This document shows, piece after piece, positions 6,327-7,998 of a DNA stretch of 7,998 nt. The notes under the pieces were generated by a model. That model searched no databases and was not told the DNA's origin. It saw only the letters and a list, made by a program, of their open reading frames with translations. Origin of the DNA: Octopus sinensis (taxonomy: Eukaryota); assembly GCF_006345805.1 (NCBI RefSeq), contig NW_021828583.1:1-7998 (forward strand). The letters run 5' to 3'. Position numbers and translations under genes: made by a program. Position 1 is the first letter of the stretch. Each line of letters opens with the position of its first letter.

Positions 6327-7445
6327 CGTTTGTGTGTCTTCGGCCTGGAATATAGGACACTGTGGGTGGCGGTATGATGTCATCTTTGAGCTGTGTGCCA
6401 TTCAGGGCAGATATATCTGCACGGACGTAGTAGTCGCCATCTAGCGGGACACCGAGCGATTTGACCACATCGGTGATTTCGAAGAGGTACGGATAGCCGT
6501 AGTCCCACTTCTGTTGGTGGATGTCATCTCCTCCCAGAACGAAGAACGAACCTGCATCGTTGCTACAGTCGTCTGCCAGCACATGCGCGGTGTCACTTTC
6601 GGGCGACACACAAACCAAGACCCGGAATTTGGCCGACGCTTTGATTGCACGTAGTTGAAAGCTGGCGAAAGATCTGGGTTTCGATCGGCGCTCTTGGAGA
6701 AGCTGACTAATTCTTGAGATATTCATGCCATTGAGACTTAGATCATCATAATGATAACCTAATGAAACAGCAGGATTTACTAATTGCATGGGTTCGGCGT
6801 TTATCCTGCTGAGGTTGACACGATCGCTGTACACACGATCGAAAGGTCCCAACGGCTTTTGGAGCAAGTTCAAAGCACAGTTAATGGCCGCTCTCCTTCC
6901 TCTGTAGTCTTGAAGTTGCTGCCACAAGGCGAACATGCGATCAGTGTTCACCGTGTAGTGACATATGGCCATGTCGTCTAATCGATATGGAGTGATGCCG
7001 GTGTGAAAAAAAGATTGTATGAGGGCCATTTCAAGCATAATAGCAAAACGGCAATAATCGACTTGCTCCAGAGCCAACAGAGCGCCCTCTAGCAGAAAGT
7101 ATTTTGTGTGATAATGACTGATAAACGTCATCTTGTTCATGGGGATCTTGATGCTCGTCCAGTCGTAATAAAAAAGACCAGTAAAGCCTTCGTAAGAAGC
7201 CAGCGCTTGTTCTAATTGTGCAAGGTACAATCTGTTCCAGAGAAGATAAGTTGCCTTGCCATGTGTTGCGCAGTATGAACGGGTTCCATCCGATCGCTTC
7301 GTACAGCTACTTTGATTATCGTGGAAAGCTGAGAAGTTTGCGTATCCAGTGGCGCGTTCGTCGTTCAAAAAGAGGTTTACTGCGGAATATAGGTTGTGCG
7401 TTTCTGTTTGCGTGAGAGCAGATACGTTCTTGCGTATAAAAACAC
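6327..7445 (-). CDS. Hemocyanin-like exon encoding an entire, degenerate FU-a-like unit
   Basis: Acceptor ttctttttctttcttctctttccag|GT at 7446/7445; donor AACG|gtaagt at 6327/6326; 1119 bp, phase 1 at both ends. Translation VFIRKNVSALTQTETHNLYSAV...GYANFSAFHD...YCATHG...LWNRLYLAQLEQAL...YYDWT...ALEQVDYC...DRMFALWQQLQ...AGSFFVLGG...LGVPLDGDYYV...NGT...PPPTVSYIPG. The FU-a assignment rests on my recollection of FU-a C-terminal motifs (VCV...C..AG, LGVPLxGxYYV). Confidence 0.9.
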
Positions 7446-7646
7446 CTGGAAAGAGAAGAAAGAAAAAGAATAATTAATAACGGTGAAAGAAATTGGAAGA
7501 AATGTTGGGACACTTATGAATATGCTCTACCTAAGACTGAGGAGAATACAGCAATGTGTCCCTTAACAATTTGCCCCCTATCAATTTCTCTCTATATATG
7601 CTAAAGCTTCCTCTTTGAGCCACGAAGTATTTAATGCTCCAGATTG

Positions 7647-7748
7647 GTGGAGGCGCAATGGCAGCGGACTCGCGGTCGGAGGATTGCGGTTTCGATTCCC
7701 AGACCGGGCATTGTATGTGTTTATTGAGCGAAAACACCTAAAGCTCCA
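7647..7748 (+). mobile_element. SINE family 2 head-only copy (D1) with a 14-bp deletion in the A-box region
   Basis: GGAGGCGCAATG/GCAGCGG lacks GCCCAGTGGTTAGG relative to copies C and D2, and ends at AAAGCTCCA immediately before D2. Confidence 0.8.
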
Positions 7749-7750
7749 TA

Positions 7751-7998
7751 GGAGGTGCAATGGCCCAGTGGTTAGGGCAGCGGACTCGCGGTCATAGGAT
7801 CGCGGTTTCGATTCCCAGACCGGGCGTTGTGAGTGTTTATTGAGCGAAAACATCTAAAGCTCCACGAGGCTCCGCCAGGGGATGGTGGTGATCCCTGCTG
7901 TACTCTTTCACCGCAACTTTCTCTCACTCTTACTTCCTGTTTCTGTTGTACCTGTATTTCAAGGGGCCGGCCTTGTCACTCTCTGTGACACGCTGAAT
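7751..7998 (+). mobile_element. SINE family 2 copy D2 (runs off the window)
   Basis: Near-identical and colinear with 3302-3548. Confidence 0.9.

Larger units (their letters stand above)
1465..7445 (-). other. Partial gene model: molluscan hemocyanin-like gene, FU-a-like plus FU-b-like units, join(complement 6327..7445, 3794..4277, 1465..2267). Signal-peptide exon(s) and any further units lie outside the window.
   Basis: Splice phases chain correctly (1 -> 1 -> 2 -> 1), all junctions are GT-AG, and the ~802 codons contain no stop or frameshift. Phase-1 introns between units are the known architecture of molluscan hemocyanin genes. Confidence 0.88.

Noticed and set aside
1465-7445. Calling the gene a normal respiratory hemocyanin, a tyrosinase or a pseudogene
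   Set aside because: Most copper ligands are missing, which excludes the first two. Intact frames, splice sites and disulfide Cys argue against a pseudogene, although expression is unproven.
1465-7445. Inverted SINE pairs forming ADAR substrates in the pre-mRNA
   Set aside because: Substantial copies of each family share one orientation (family 1 minus, family 2 plus), so no long duplex is evident within the window.
7446-7646. Signal-peptide exon upstream of FU-a
   Set aside because: No ATG-led hydrophobic segment with a phase-1 donor was found; it probably lies beyond the window.

Overview
Eukaryotic genomic DNA, most likely a coleoid cephalopod (Octopus-like). This is inferred from the mollusc-type hemocyanin exons, the tRNA-derived SINE families and the dense microsatellites. 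The minus strand carries three intact, correctly spliced exons (7445-6327, 4277-3794, 2267-1465) of a molluscan hemocyanin-like gene. They encode two consecutive functional units, most similar to FU-a and FU-b, separated by phase-1 linker introns, with one phase-2 intron inside FU-b. Both units keep the fold motifs and structural cysteines but have lost most type-3 copper ligands: about 2 of 6 His remain in FU-a, 1 of 6 in FU-b, and the thioether Cys is gone in both. This suggests a copper-free, non-respiratory paralogue, a molluscan analogue of arthropod cryptocyanin/hexamerin. It also has a ~40-aa in-frame deletion and six N-glycosylation sequons in FU-a, and a strongly cationic amphipathic inter-unit linker. 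The introns hold two SINE families (one full-length copy with a 12-bp TSD), a complete non-autonomous Helitron, a decayed Penelope-type GIY-YIG endonuclease fragment and a minimal type I hammerhead ribozyme motif. Most other ORFs in the track are microsatellite or antisense artefacts.
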